DNA from: Geosiphon pyriformis uo1
Lineage: Eukaryota; Fungi; Glomeromycota
Direction of reading: 5' to 3'
DNA length: 64,000 nt
Assembly: GCA_016748015.1 (NCBI GenBank)
Contig: JAAOMT010000198.1
Span: forward strand, 477,380-541,379
Position numbers and translations under genes: made by a program. Of this stretch, positions 13,201 through 25,784 are shown in pieces. The notes under the pieces are model-generated. The model saw only the letters and a program-made list of their open reading frames with translations, made no database searches and was not told the origin of the DNA. Positions within the stretch are counted from its first letter, which is position 1, and each line of letters starts with the position of its first letter.

Positions 13201-14503
13201 TTACTAGCTTTTTGATTTTATCAAGATCATCATGAAATTCATCTTTTTTAATGACATGGTTCAATACTATTCTTTGTTTTTTTTTGTTTAGAATGTTTTT
13301 GATCATTGCTTCTTTGTTTAATTCAAAGTTTTGTTGTCTTTTAATAATATTATTCACTATCTGTTTCTGCTATTTTAGCCTAATCCTAGCATGCAGTATT
13401 AATCTGTATTTTTTTTTGATGCTGAATAATTCTGTAATAAGCTTATCTTTTGGAAGAATCATCAGATATGTATTTACTGCTTTAGGTTTTAGCTGTTTCT
13501 ATTTAGCCAACAGCTGCATAACATTGTTATCATGCATATCTGCATTGTTTACTTTTATTTGTTTAATTATATTAACAACAATCTTTACAAGCTTGTGTGT
13601 ACAGATTGGATTCCTACTTTTTTTTTAGTAAGCAGTCAGCAGCTTGTAACACAGTCTTATTAATTGTAAGCCACATCTAATTTAAATTATTATTGTTATT
13701 ATCTACTAATTTTCTTTGTGCTTTATCTGTTAATTGATTAGTTTCTTTTGCATAGATCTCTCATTGAACTCCAGATGCTTTTTTAATATCAATTATAATT
13801 ATACTACACTTCTTTCTTCCAAATCTAGATTTTTTAGTGCTTGCCAAGATTCTGTCAGATCAAATAATTGTTACTACTGCTTTGTGATCAGTGTTAAATA
13901 ATTCATTAACCTCAATCACCCCAATATTTATGACTATTGAAGCTATAACTGCATTAGTAAACACATAATCTAATCTTTTTTGTACTCTATTTAATGCCTA
14001 TGTTTTTTCTGGATTGTTTGTTGCATATACTCTATGTATATCTACCAAGTTCATATGTTGTAATATTGTAGCAGTGGAACAAGCTTTGGTTTTATTTGTA
14101 GTAAATGTTTCTTTAATTGATTTGGATATCAGATCTTCATTCAAATTGCCTGCAACTATAATTATCTTCTTGTTTTGCTGATTTCTTTAGCTACTGCTTT
14201 CTCAGTAGGCAATTTGGAAGCAAACATGTACAACCCAACTATATGCACACTAATTTTATCTCTAAATTTTAATACCAGATATAGCAGCCTCTCATAATAT
14301 TCCCTAATTGTTTCTACATAGTACATCCAGCATTTTTTAACCAATATACCAATCCCAGTTTCCATTTGTTTCTTAGCACTTACCTCCCAAAAAACATGAT
14401 ATTTATTAAAGCCAAAAAATATACCCTTTTCTTTGGGTGGAGTCAGTTTAATTTCTGTAATAATTACAAAGTCAAATTGTTCTTTAATACTTTATTGTAG
14501 TAC
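10268..14503 (-). pseudogene. LINE family C copy 2 ORF2 (APE endonuclease, RT, RNase H, CCHC zinc finger), heavily mutated
   Basis: Read manually on the minus strand: FDFVIITEIKL (~14450), RLDYVF and TDHKAV (~13880-13980), FVDNTI*IA for FVDDTIW (~12300-12330), RNase H STNGS/KAVLLAL/NTNNQA (10910-11326), CKMCHMEVETNQHF*KC (~10320-10375). Confidence 0.88.
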
Positions 14504-15253
14504 TGTTACGGGTTGGAATAACAAGCTAATAGATAGCAAGGGAGAACAGTATTGTATGATGATGAAAATAAACAAAGAGGGAATTACAATAAAGGAGCAA
14601 ATTGAATAAGTAGGAATTCAATGTGCGTGATCAGTCTCATAAAAATCACAGTTGCTAATCTTTTCTTAAATCTGAAGGTAGAGGAATAGTCCGTGATTGT
14701 CAATAAGATAACACCACTGCTATTATTCTATGCTTCAACTCGGCAATTCTTAGAATCAATAACAGGTATCATTGTACTTTTCAATCGTTTCTTTATTCAA
14801 TGAATTACAAGAGCAAGCCAATTGCTTCTCAGGCTATTTCTAACAAATACAAATCAAAAAGGGGAAAAGATAAGATATGTGAATGCCAACAAGTAGATAC
14901 TTGAAGGTAAGGAAAGGGGAATAAGTGATTATAAGAGGAAGTAATTGATATTGTTTATTTCATTACTTTGATCATGTCTTTCTACAGCTAAGGGAATCAT
15001 CGCTTATATAGCTATCTAAAGTAGTCAATAACTAGGTCAACAATCAGGTCAATGATCAGATCAATGATCAGGTCAATGATCAGGTCATTAATCAGGTTAT
15101 TGATCAGGTCAATGATCAGGTCAATGATCAGGTCAATGGTCAGGTTATTGATCAGGTCAACGATTACTATCTAAAAATAGGGTGGCTAATTATATGACAT
15201 CAGTGGCTAATACATGTGATAATTAATAAAAACTATGTGTTTTAACCATAACA
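14504..15253 (-). repeat. 3' LTR of A1
   Basis: TGTTACGGGTTGG...TTAACCATAACA, abutting the PPT (minus GGAGAGGATGA, 15254-15264); matches the sequence from 21561. Confidence 0.95.
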
Positions 15254-15969
15254 TCATCCTCTCCAAAGAGATTGAGCTTTGGCAAAATTAAACTATTTAT
15301 GGGATAGTCTATGTGAAGGGTTTTGTCTAACTCAAAACTAACTAGTTTGTTGAAGTCTTTTGTGGATAGAGTATCTTGAGGCAAAATAAACTTTGTATTC
15401 AAGAAACCAAATTTTTGTATAAAAGTTCTGGCTCTTTTAGCAATGGTCAAAACTCTTGGGACATCCAATCGTATAATGCCCAAAATTTCCACTTGTATCT
15501 CTGAAGTTGTTTTTTTCATGAGCTTCATGTCTTCTATGATTTCACCAAGATGACCATAGAGTTCTAGTTGTCTTCCATATGACAAATTTTTGTCTATGGG
15601 CAAGATTTTTTGTATTGTTTTTCCAATTGTGCTGGAAGATGAAAGTATTGCTGCTGTTATGCTTTCCAGCAGGTATTTATCCATTTTGCCACCAATTTTT
15701 TCTCTTCTGGTAGTTGTTTTTTTTGGTCTAATAACAGTATGAGTTCCACTGTTGTCTGTTATAGTGGTTTGTTTTCTGATAGTCAGAGTAGCATTTGGAT
15801 AGTTCTTGATCCAGTACTTATGGAGAGTATAGAAAGCGTTTTGAATGTTTTGATCCAGGAAATAATTGTTTATGTCAATTGAAAATACCTCTGTTTTGGG
15901 AATGGTGCATTTATTTATATCTAATTTTTGCTGATCATTTGGGTCAGTATTACCACAACAGATAACCAA
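15223..15969 (-). CDS. Family A ORF3 (unknown function), copy A1
   Basis: 248-codon open frame downstream of integrase, homologous to 27658-28314, with its stop inside the LTR. Confidence 0.7.
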   Translation of the reverse strand: MVICCGNTDPNDQQKLDINKCTIPKTEVFSIDINNYFLDQNIQNAFYTLHKYWIKNYPNATLTIRKQTTITDNSGTHTVIRPKKTTTRREKIGGKMDKYLLESITAAILSSSSTIGKTIQKILPIDKNLSYGRQLELYGHLGEIIEDMKLMKKTTSEIQVEILGIIRLDVPRVLTIAKRARTFIQKFGFLNTKFILPQDTLSTKDFNKLVSFELDKTLHIDYPINSLILPKLNLFGEDDVMVKTHSFY

Positions 15970-18900
15970 TCAAGTCGTTTGTGATATTTTTTGAGTTGTG
16001 TGCCATGAACAGGGCAATTACTGAATATTGTTCCATATTGATCTTGTAAGATATAAGAACTATTGTTCAAAACTTTGTTGACTATAAAGGGTCCTTTCCA
16101 CTGGCTAGAGAATTTATTACCATACACATTGTCTCTGTCTGAACGGTATTCCAAAACTAAGTCACCAACACTTAAAGAAAGTGTTTTATAGGTCTTTTTC
16201 TTTTTGAGCTTCTTTTGGACCTGTTTTATCTTTTCAAAGGCAATTATCCATGCTTCTACTAATGAGTCAAGAATGGTACCAAGTCTTCTTTGCAAAATGT
16301 CTTTGTAATCTCCTATTGTTATTTTTTCAAAAGATATTGTTTCTATATTCATTTCTATTAGTAGAGTTGCCATTTGTTCATAGAGCAGATAAAAGGGTTT
16401 ATAACTTGTTATGTCATGATTCACAGTTCTGTAAGCAAACAAGACTGAAGGCAATACTTTGTCTCATAAGTTGGTTTCTTCACTGGTTTTGGCTAGGGTT
16501 TCACATAGTGTTCTATTGAAACGTTTTACTAGGCCATTTGTTTGGGGGTAATAAGAGGAAGAGAGTTTATGACATATTCCCATTTTTTTGCAAAGTTCTT
16601 CAACCAGTGTACTGAGAAAAGCTCTTCCTTTATCAGATAAAAGTTCTTTGGGGCAGCTGTGACAACAGATAATATTTTTATAAATGAAATTAGCAATTGA
16701 GACTGCTGTTTGATCTGGGGTGGCTCTTGCTTCTACCCACTTTGTAAGATAGTCAGTAGCTGTGATAATGTATCTGTTGCCATCAGGAATTACTGTTAAA
16801 GGTCCAACAACATCTATACCAATTCTATCAAATGGTTGACCAACAGAGATTGGATGGATATCTTCCTTGCGATTGGGTTTTCCTCTTCTTTGGCAGGTAT
16901 CACAGGTTTTGATGTATTCAGCAATGTCTTTTTCCAAGATAGACCAATAATAGCGAGCTAAAGTTTTCTGAATTGTTTTTGTTTTTCCAAAGTGTCCAGC
17001 TAATGGATCAGTGTGCATATTGTAGATCACAATTTCTTTTTCTTCAAATCTAATGACTCTCTGGGGGCAGTCAGGATTTTTTCTATTTCTTTTATATAAC
17101 TGGTTCTGGCAAATCAAATAGAAATTTGATTGTTTGTGCAAATGTTCTCTTTGCTGTCAAGTATAGTCCGGTGGGTATTGTTCTTTACCCAAAAATTTCA
17201 TTAAAGCAGAGTAGTTGTCCAAGTCCATTATCGTGTTTGTTTGTGGGGGAGTTACAAATAATAAGGTTGGTTTGGTTTGAGAGGGTTTTACTATTACTGG
17301 ATGGTAAGTCTGGAGAGAGCATCGGCATTTTGATGATTAGCTCCTTTGCAGTATTGAATGTCATAGTCGAATTCGTCCAAGTGGAGTATCCAGTGAGTTA
17401 TCTATTTATGTTCCAGGTTTTTTTTGTTGCGTAGCCAAACCAAAGCTTGGTGATCTGTTACCACCAAAAATTTCACACCCTTAAGATATTTGTCCCAGTA
17501 GCTGGTAGCCCAAACTACTGCTAAGCATTCCTGCTCAGTAACTGAGTAGTTCCTTTCTGCTGGTGTGAGAGTTCTACTGGCATATGCTACGGCGTGTTTT
17601 CTGTTATCTTCATCTTTTTGGGAAAGAACAGCACCAAGTCCATAGCCAGATGCATCAGTGTGGAGGATAAAAGATTGATCCAAATTAAGTTGCATGAGAA
17701 TGGGTTCTGTAACCAGTTTTTTCTTCAGAATTTCAAATGCTTTTTGTTGATAAGTGCCCCAGTGATAATTGATGTTTTTCCTAAGTAGCTGATTGAAAGG
17801 AGTGGCAATTTTGAAGAAATCCTTGACAAACTTGCGATAATAAGAAGCCAAATTAAGAAAAGAGTGTAGTTCATGAACATTCATTGGTTGTCTAATGTTT
17901 TGAACTTTTTCAATTTTGGCTGGATCAGGGAAGATTCCATCTTTTGTAATAAGATGGCCAAGGAACTGGGTGGATTGACATTCAAAAAATGATTTGATTG
18001 GATTGATCTTGAGACCAGCATTTCTAAGGAGGTCAAAAACTTTTTGCAAATGTTCAAGGTGTTCATCCCAGGTTTTTGAGTATACCATTATGTCGTCCAA
18101 GTAGACTAGAACAAAGTTTTCTTTTACTGATTCAAATACTTTGTCTATTAAGCATTAAAATGTGGGAGGAGCATTTGTGAAGCCAAAAGGCATGACTGTG
18201 AATTTGTATACTTGGTGATGAAGACAGTTTTCTTTCTGCTTTCTGGATCCATCTCTACTTGCCAGAATCCAGCAGTTAAGTCAATGGTTGAAAAGAAAGC
18301 GGCACCATGGAATTGGTCTAGCATTGCATCAATTTTGGGAAGTGGGTACATGTCTCTTTCAGTAATGGCATTTAATTGGTGATAGTCAACACAAAAGCAT
18401 AGAGTTCTTCCTTTCTTGGATACCACTACAACTGGGAATGCCCATTCACTCTTGGTTTCCTGTATGAATCCAAGGGTTTTCATTCGGGTTATTTCTTTTT
18501 TTATAAACTCATCATTGCGTCTGTTGGATTAATAGGGCTTTAAATGGATGGGGTGAGTTTCTCTGGTGATGATGGTGTGTTGTATCACATGTGTATGTCC
18601 AGGAGGTTCACCTTCTTTTGAGATAACTGAGCTGTTTCTAGCCAGCAGGTTTTCAATGTCTACTTTTCTTTTTTCTGGAGAGGGTTTTTTTTGTTCTACA
18701 ACCAGTAATTGGATTTCAGGTGGTTTATTTTCAAAAGACTTTTAGACTTTTTTTATTTCCTCTTGGAATATCAAGCTGATTGGTTCCCAATCTTTGTAAT
18801 AGATCAGGCAGAACATGCATTCATCGCTAGGAGAGTATAATGGTTTGTCACACCAGCACTGGGCACAAAGACCATGCCACCAATAACTGTATTTGGCTTT

Positions 18901-19967
18901 CTGTCAAAGGTTTTTCTGAGCATGTCATAATAAGACCAGCAGATTAGCTTGCCATTGACAATGATTTCTTCTTTATCTGCCTTGACATTATCCAGTGGTT
19001 TGCCATTGCTAGTGAAGATGGTATAGGCAAGTTCAGCAGTTTCTTTTTGTTCTTCTTGTTCTTTTTCTTCCTCACTTTCTTTATCATCTGATTCATCTGA
19101 TTCATTTTCTTCTGGACTCTGCTTGGGTACTGGGGGAGTTGTCCAATGGTAACACTTAACCACAATGAGTTTCTTACCACATCTGATGGTTAGTTCACAG
19201 AGTTCATAATCAAGCAAAGCCTTTACTTTCTTGAGCCATTCATTGCCAACAATGATGGTGTATTCTTTTGCTTCAGACATTTCCATATCAGTTTTAATGC
19301 TGATGCCATTGATGCGAACAGGAATAGCTTTGGCTATGCCAAGCCCTTTTTTCTTATCACCATGCACATTGGTCATTGGTCGTGTGGATGGTTCATCAAT
19401 TTTTCTGCCAATTGTTTCAAGAAAGTGTTTAGCAATAACACTAAAAAATGATCCACTGTCTAGGATCAAATTGATGAAGTAGCCAGCCACTTGGGCTTTA
19501 CAAATTAGAGGAGTGACATTGCTATTGTCAGCAAGTCCAGCTTGGTGAGGGCGTTTGTTGGTTTTGGGTGTCTTTTTCTTTGGAATCAGGGATTTGTGAA
19601 GATTTTTTCTGAATTGTGGATGGGTCATCAATTGGCCAAAGGTTATATGTGCTGGGGTTTCCATAAGGTTTTTGACAACAGAATAGGGACCGGATTTTTG
19701 TACTATTTCTGGGGGTTCTAACTTTGGAGGGTTCTTGAAAACTTTGGCTTTTGGGGGCTCATTGTTGTCAGCAGTTGATGTAGAAGCTTTATTGGGGTCT
19801 AGAACGAAATCAACTTTGGCTTTCTTCTTCTTTCCTGTGGATTCAGAGGAGTTGATTGCTAATTCATCTATGTCATGGTCATCATCAGTTAAGTTAAAAG
19901 TATAAAAGAGGTTTTTTTCTGGTTGGCTTGCACTCTCACTTTTTGGAGATGTGCCTACCAATTTAAA
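15921..19967 (-). pseudogene. A1 pol (PR-RT-RNaseH-IN), disrupted
   Basis: LILDSGS, LDDIMVYS, HTDASGYGLGAVLSQ, HTDPLAGH...CDTCQ, GIDVVGP, WKGPF. Confidence 0.93.
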
Positions 19968-21508
19968 GGCTAATAAACAGTGGCTTCAACTAGGGGATTC
20001 TCTCCAAAGAAATTGATGTTGGCATGATTGGGTCTTTGGTTGGGCACATTGTTGTTGTTGATCCTGTTGTTCTGAGCATTATTGTTTCTGAGGACTGGTG
20101 GAGACAGTGGAGGATTGTTGCAATCTCTTGAAAAGTGTCCAGTTAATCCACAGCAATAGCATACAGGTGGGCCACAATTTTGTTGTCTTTGATAAGGTGG
20201 TTGCTGGGACTGATTGAAGTGTGGTTCAAATCTGGGTCTTTGTGGTTGCTGATTTTCTCTGACTGCTTAGGCTAAGGGTTCTAATAACCGAGCAAGATTT
20301 GCTATGAGTCTGTCTATTAACTGTTCATTTGAATCTTAAGTGTAAGTGGCAAAAGAAGTAGCAGCCATTTGAGGGGCAGGAGCCATGACAGGAACAGGAG
20401 CAAAAACTGGTAGTGTGGATCCCAAGTGCATCCTTTGGTTGTCTTCAATTCTTTGTGCTAATTCAATGGCCATATCTATGGTGGGATTATCTTTTAGAAC
20501 CAGAAGGGGCCAAAGAGCATACGATAGATCAGTTCTCAATTCTTTTGTGAAGGAGTAAATTTTCTGCTCTTCTGTCCAATTTCTTCTAGTGTCTACTCAT
20601 TTGATTAACTTTCTGATTGCTTTGGCATATTCGGTTACAACTTCACCGGGACCTTGGGTTCTTCTTTTCAATTCCATACGCCATTTTGATATTAATATTG
20701 GGATTCTGAACTTGTTTTCAAACTGGGTAGTGAAAGAAATGTTGATTTCTCCCACATTTGCTGGTGTCCATCTAATGATTCTTTGCTGGGCATTGGCATC
20801 TGTTTCTTGTGAGAACCAGGTAGCAGGGGATCCTTGAAGGTAGCCACCAACAATTTGGAACTTGTATTCATCATCATATTAATTGGCTGTAGCAGCTCTT
20901 TCAAAGTCATCCAACCATTCAATTGGATCTTGTACATCATCTCTAAATAATGGTATTGGGGTGTTGTTTCTTCACCCTAGAGCAGTTTGTATATCTTGGA
21001 GGGAGGCCAGAATGTTTGCTTGCATGGGGTTATTAGCCATTGGTTCAGGGGTAACTGTTTGTATAGACAAGTCTGATTCACTTGATAAAAGATCAAAAAC
21101 AGGGGCAGTTTGGTAGCTTTCTTCTTTTGTTTCAAAGGGAGTTTCAGTTGCTTGATGGGCAGCAATCCAAATATGGATTTGATGATTCAGATATTCGAAA
21201 TCAGGAGGCTGTTGTTCAAAAGTTGCAGAATATAAGAGTTGATTGATACTGTTGTTTCTTTCTTCAAAGTTGTTTTTAAAATAAGCTTGATCAAAGTAAT
21301 AGGTTGTATAAGCTGTATAGGTTTCAGCTGAATGCTCATTCAGGAACCAGTTCCAAAAGTCTTGGAATTGTCTACTGGATTGTTCTTCAAGGGGGAAACA
21401 GATCAAGCAAAAGGGCAGAGGATTAAGTTCAATGAAATTTAGATCATTTCTGTTGTGTGCTGCAAAGTGTTCTTCTGATTGCTGTGGCAGATATGAGTAA
21501 TCATCCAT
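19955..21508 (-). pseudogene. A1 gag, disrupted
   Basis: Fragments 20972-21508 and 20336-20539; CCHC knuckle at ~20120-20165. Confidence 0.88.
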
Positions 21509-21537
21509 ACAATGAGGGAATAAGTGAATTTTGACAA

Positions 21538-21554
21538 CCTCACAGGGAGCACCA
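21538..21554 (-). promoter_or_regulatory. PBS complementary to elongator tRNA-Met 3' end (A1)
   Basis: Plus strand CCTCACAGGGAGCACCA ends in CCA. It resembles recalled eukaryotic elongator tRNA-Met 3' ends (human CCTCACACGGGGCACCA, yeast CCTCCCCTGGAGCACCA). Confidence 0.82.
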
Positions 21555-21767
21555 CTTTTATGTTATGGGTTGGAGTAACAAGCTAACAGATAGCAAGGGA
21601 GAACAGTATTGTATGGTGATGGGAATAAACAAAGAGGGAATTACAATAAGGGAGCAAATTGAATAAGTAGAAATTCAATGTGCGTGATCAGTCTCATAAA
21701 AATCACAGTCGCTAATCTTTTTTTAAATCTGAAGGTAGAGGAATAGTCCGTGATTGTCAACAAAATA

Positions 21768-22294
21768 NNNNNNNNNNNNNNNNNNNNNNNNNNNNNNNNN
21801 NNNNNNNNNNNNNNNNNNNNNNNNNNNNNNNNNNNNNNNNNNNNNNNNNNNNNNNNNNNNNNNNNNNNNNNNNNNNNNNNNNNNNNNNNNNNNNNNNNNN
21901 NNNNNNNNNNNNNNNNNNNNNNNNNNNNNNNNNNNNNNNNNNNNNNNNNNNNNNNNNNNNNNNNNNNNNNNNNNNNNNNNNNNNNNNNNNNNNNNNNNNN
22001 NNNNNNNNNNNNNNNNNNNNNNNNNNNNNNNNNNNNNNNNNNNNNNNNNNNNNNNNNNNNNNNNNNNNNNNNNNNNNNNNNNNNNNNNNNNNNNNNNNNN
22101 NNNNNNNNNNNNNNNNNNNNNNNNNNNNNNNNNNNNNNNNNNNNNNNNNNNNNNNNNNNNNNNNNNNNNNNNNNNNNNNNNNNNNNNNNNNNNNNNNNNN
22201 NNNNNNNNNNNNNNNNNNNNNNNNNNNNNNNNNNNNNNNNNNNNNNNNNNNNNNNNNNNNNNNNNNNNNNNNNNNNNNNNNNNNNNNNNNNNNN
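21768..22294. other. Assembly gap (N run)
   Basis: Run of N. It hides the rest of the A1 5' LTR and its TSD. Confidence 1.
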
Positions 22295-24502
22295 GATGTA
22301 GTACTCTGGGTTTGTATTCTATTTTCCACTTTTTTCTTTTTCTCTGAAATGTGACTTTGCTGTTGAGTAATTATTACATCTTTTTTTTTTACTGTTACTT
22401 CAAGTTTGGCAGCTATTGCACTTAGCAGTTTGGTTATTTTATCAACCTGCTGTCTTAACTCATCAATTTCAGTCTTTTATGGTTGGTTGATCTCTTTTTT
22501 TAGTTGGTTTTCTCTATTGTTTACTTGTGAACCAGGTTTTTGAGATCTGTTTAGATTTGTGTTATTTGAATTTTGGGGCAATCTGAATGCAGCCATTTTA
22601 GCATATGATTTTCTACCAAAGGCCTTAATGGTTTTCTCTGGAACATTTCTCTTAACATACAGCTTTGCCAATCTAATATTGTTGGTAACTTTTTTGGTAT
22701 CTCCTTCTTTTTTCTTATGTAGAATTGAACATTTGGAGACCAAATGCTCTACCTGGTAACAAAAGTGGTACTCTTTGGCATTAATATGCACCCAGTAAAC
22801 TAATATGTTTTCAATTACTAAGAGCTTTTTGGTAGCACTGTTGTGACTAGTTTTACTGTCAAATTTTATGTAAGCACAGCTTATTCTTGTGTAATTCTTG
22901 CTAGTTCTTGGGATAAAGCAAGATCAGGCTTTGATCTAATCCAAAGTGGTATTTAGGTAGTAAACAGTACAGTTCTGTAGTAACCCTATTAATTTGGCTT
23001 CCCAGGTTTTTCTCTGTTCAATAATTTTTTGGGTTTCAATTATTGGGTAGATTCTAACTACATCTTTTCTGATTATGGTTGACTATTGGTTTACAGTTCT
23101 GGCTGTCTTTTCTTGGTCGATATATTCAACTACTGCTGATTGTCATTTTTTAGTTACTTTGATTTGAATTTTTTTTATCTTACCAAATTCTTTTATGGCA
23201 GCTTTTATTTCTTTGTCTGAAATACCTAAGAGGATATCTCTCACCAAAACTTTTCTTTAACCAGCCATCTAGTTGATAATGCCATCAGTAACCATCAAAA
23301 AAGATTTAATTTTATTACTTGTCAAGATTTTTTTGGCCTGATCTCTTCCTGTTACTTGGTAGAAATCCACTTGGATTTTTTGGTTTTTTACTATTATAGC
23401 CCCCAAGAGATAATTGACATCCCCCAAAAGATTGTAAATTCATTTTACTTTCTTTCTCATGATTTTTTCTGATATGTTTAGTGTCTGCACAAAAAACATA
23501 TGTCTTTTGGTTCCATAGACCATAGTTTTTTATTCTTTTTTATGGTTTGGTTCCATAAACATAGACTTTTTGCCAAGTGATTTACTACTATATTGTCTTG
23601 AACTAGGACTTTTCATTCTGCTAGATAGACTCAATTTAGAGTCTTTCATGTTCTATATGGTGTTATTCAGATCTGTCTTATCTTTGTTTGCAATAAACAG
23701 ATTGTCTATTTGCTTTTCAATTTCCAACACAAAATTTCCACTGTTGATCTTGTCCAAAATATTAAGATTGTATTTTCTCAGAGCTGCTTCTATTTGTGCA
23801 GCTTTTTTACTGTCTCTTTTAATTACTTTTAATAGTTTATCTAATTTTTTCAGGGACTTTAAGGCCTCTTTTTCACTAGTTTAAGCTTCTATTTGGAATT
23901 TGTTGCTATTTCCACTTTTGTTAAACATTGGTTACAAGACAAAGTTGTTGGTTTGGACAGTTAAGTTTTCAAATGAGTCTTTTTCAATTACTTGGTTGAA
24001 TCTCTTAATTAGATCTTTTACACTTATTCTTTCAATGTGTTTGTATTTTTTATTAGTCTTTTTCTCTAGTTTGTTGGCAGTTATTGGAGAGAAGTCTGCT
24101 GCTCACCTATATAGAGCTGTTTTTTTATGTGTTAGCTATTCTGAATGGTGTGTTATCTCCACTATTTGTATTTACACTTCTAAATAGTCTGTTAACAGTT
24201 TCAAATCTGAATAGAAGTGTAGTTTCTACTGTTGTTGAATTTCATAGAATTGTGTTATTTTCTTTTTTTTTTGTAGTGAAAGTATTGTTTTTCTTTATTT
24301 GGTCTTTACAATCAGTAGTTTCTACACTTGTACTTCTTTGCATGACTGGTATCACTTTACTGTTGGTGTTGTTGTCAGACACTTTTAAGTCTGTTGTAAT
24401 AGTAATAATATATTATAATTAAAGGTTTCTTTGCAAAAACTTATTTTCCAAATTTGAGGTGTAATAAATTGTGTGGTAGCAGTCAAAAATAAAAAAAGTT
24501 TT
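22295..24502 (-). mobile_element. LINE family C copy 2: 5' UTR and ORF1 (continues into ORF2 at 14503 across A1)
   Basis: Homologous to 8585-10267; degenerate zinc knuckle (HFCYQVEHLVSKC) and SYAK motif in 22477-22791. Confidence 0.8.
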
Positions 24503-24585
24503 GCATATTGTAGATTACAATTTTTTTTTCTTCAAATTTGATGACTTTTTGGGAGCAATCAGAATTTTTTCTGTTTTTTTTATAT

Positions 24586-25080
24586 TGTTACAAGTTGGAG
24601 TAACAAGCTAATAGATAGCAAAAGAGAACAGGATTGTAAGATGATAAAAATAATCAAAGAAAAAATTACAATAAAGAAGCAAATTGAATATGTATGAATT
24701 TAATATGCATGATTAGTCTCATAAAAATCATAGTTGTAAATCTTTTTTGAATATTTGAAAGTAGAAGAATAGTCCATGATTGTCAACAAAATAACACTGC
24801 TGCTATTATTCTATGCCTCAACTTGGTAATTTTTAGAATCAATAACAGATATTATTGTGCTTTTTAATCATTTTTTATTTAATAAATCACAAAAGCAAGC
24901 AATTGCTTTTCAGGCTAATTTTAACAATACAAATCAAAAAAGAAAAAAAATAAAATATGTGAATGCCAACAAGTAATTTTTTATTCCAAAATGTTCAAAT
25001 ACTTGAAAATAAGAAAAAAAAATAAGCAATATGAGAAAAAGTAATTGATAATGGGTTTTATTTTATTACTTTGATCATAT
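24586..25080 (-). repeat. Partial 3' LTR of the oldest family A copy (A0), interrupted by A4
   Basis: Begins TGTTACAAGTTGGAGTAACAAGC and is colinear with 14504-14975; strongly G>A/C>T mutated; left flank ATAT. Confidence 0.88.
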
Positions 25081-25784
25081 TATTATGGTTGAAACCTATA
25101 CTTTTTATTAATTATTACATGTATTAGCCACTAATATTATATAAATTAACCACTCTATTTTTAGAAAGTGATCAATGACCTGACCATTGATCTGATTATT
25201 GACTTAATCATTAACCTGATCATTAATCTGATTATTGATCTAATCATTGACCATTTTTGATAGCTATATAAGTGATGAATCTCTTAGTTGTAGAAAAGCA
25301 TGTAGAAATCAAGAAAATCAAATAAATAAAATAATAACTTTCATTTCAATCATTCTCTTATTGATAATTTCCTTTTCTCTACCTTCAAGTATCTGAACAT
25401 CTTGGGATAAAAGATCACTTGTTGGTTATTCCTTACTTTTTTCCTGAAATGTGTAATTACAACATTTGAAGATTATTGAATAAAATGTGACTAAAGAGTA
25501 CATCTGATAGCTGATATTGAATTCTAAGAGCACCAACGTGAAGCATAGAATTATACCAGTGTGTGATTATTTGTTGACAGTATGGACTATTCCTCTACCT
25601 TCAAATTCTCTGGTTATTTTAAGAAAAGTACAGTGACTGAGATATTATATGAGACTAATCTTGCATATTAAATCCATACTTATTTAATTTACTCTTTGAA
25701 GTTAAAATCTCTTTGATTCTTTTTATTACCCTACAATTCTGTTCTCTCTTGCTATTCATTAGCTTGTTACTTCAACCCATAACA
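25081..25784 (+). repeat. 5' LTR of A4 (PBS at 25791-25807)
   Basis: TATTATGGTTG (TG>TA mutated)...CCCATAACA, then TAAAAG TGGTGCTTCC. Confidence 0.92.

Larger units (their letters stand above)
14504..21767 (-). mobile_element. Ty3/Gypsy family A copy A1, inserted in LINE C2 (5' LTR runs into N gap)
   Basis: 3' LTR 14504-15253, PPT, ORF3, pol, gag, PBS 21538-21554, and 5' LTR from 21561. Confidence 0.95.

Noticed and set aside
14600-14700. A complete tRNA-Met gene in the LTR
   Set aside because: Only anticodon-arm and partial D-loop matches are present, with no acceptor stem or GTTCRA T-loop. Reported as tRNA-complementary boxes instead.
15030-15165. Regular short repeats resembling a CRISPR array or AGGTCA nuclear-receptor elements
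   Set aside because: They are contiguous 12-bp tandem units with no unique spacers, inside an LTR, with no cas genes. A nuclear-receptor role is unsupported in this context.
22295-22304. TGTAGTAC after the gap as the right TSD of A1 (matches 14496-14503)
   Set aside because: It is not preceded by the LTR terminus and reads as LINE ORF1 end sequence; the real junction is hidden in the gap.
21750-22347. ORFs of 155-203 aa spanning N runs (also 33310-33931)
   Set aside because: Artefacts of translating assembly gaps.
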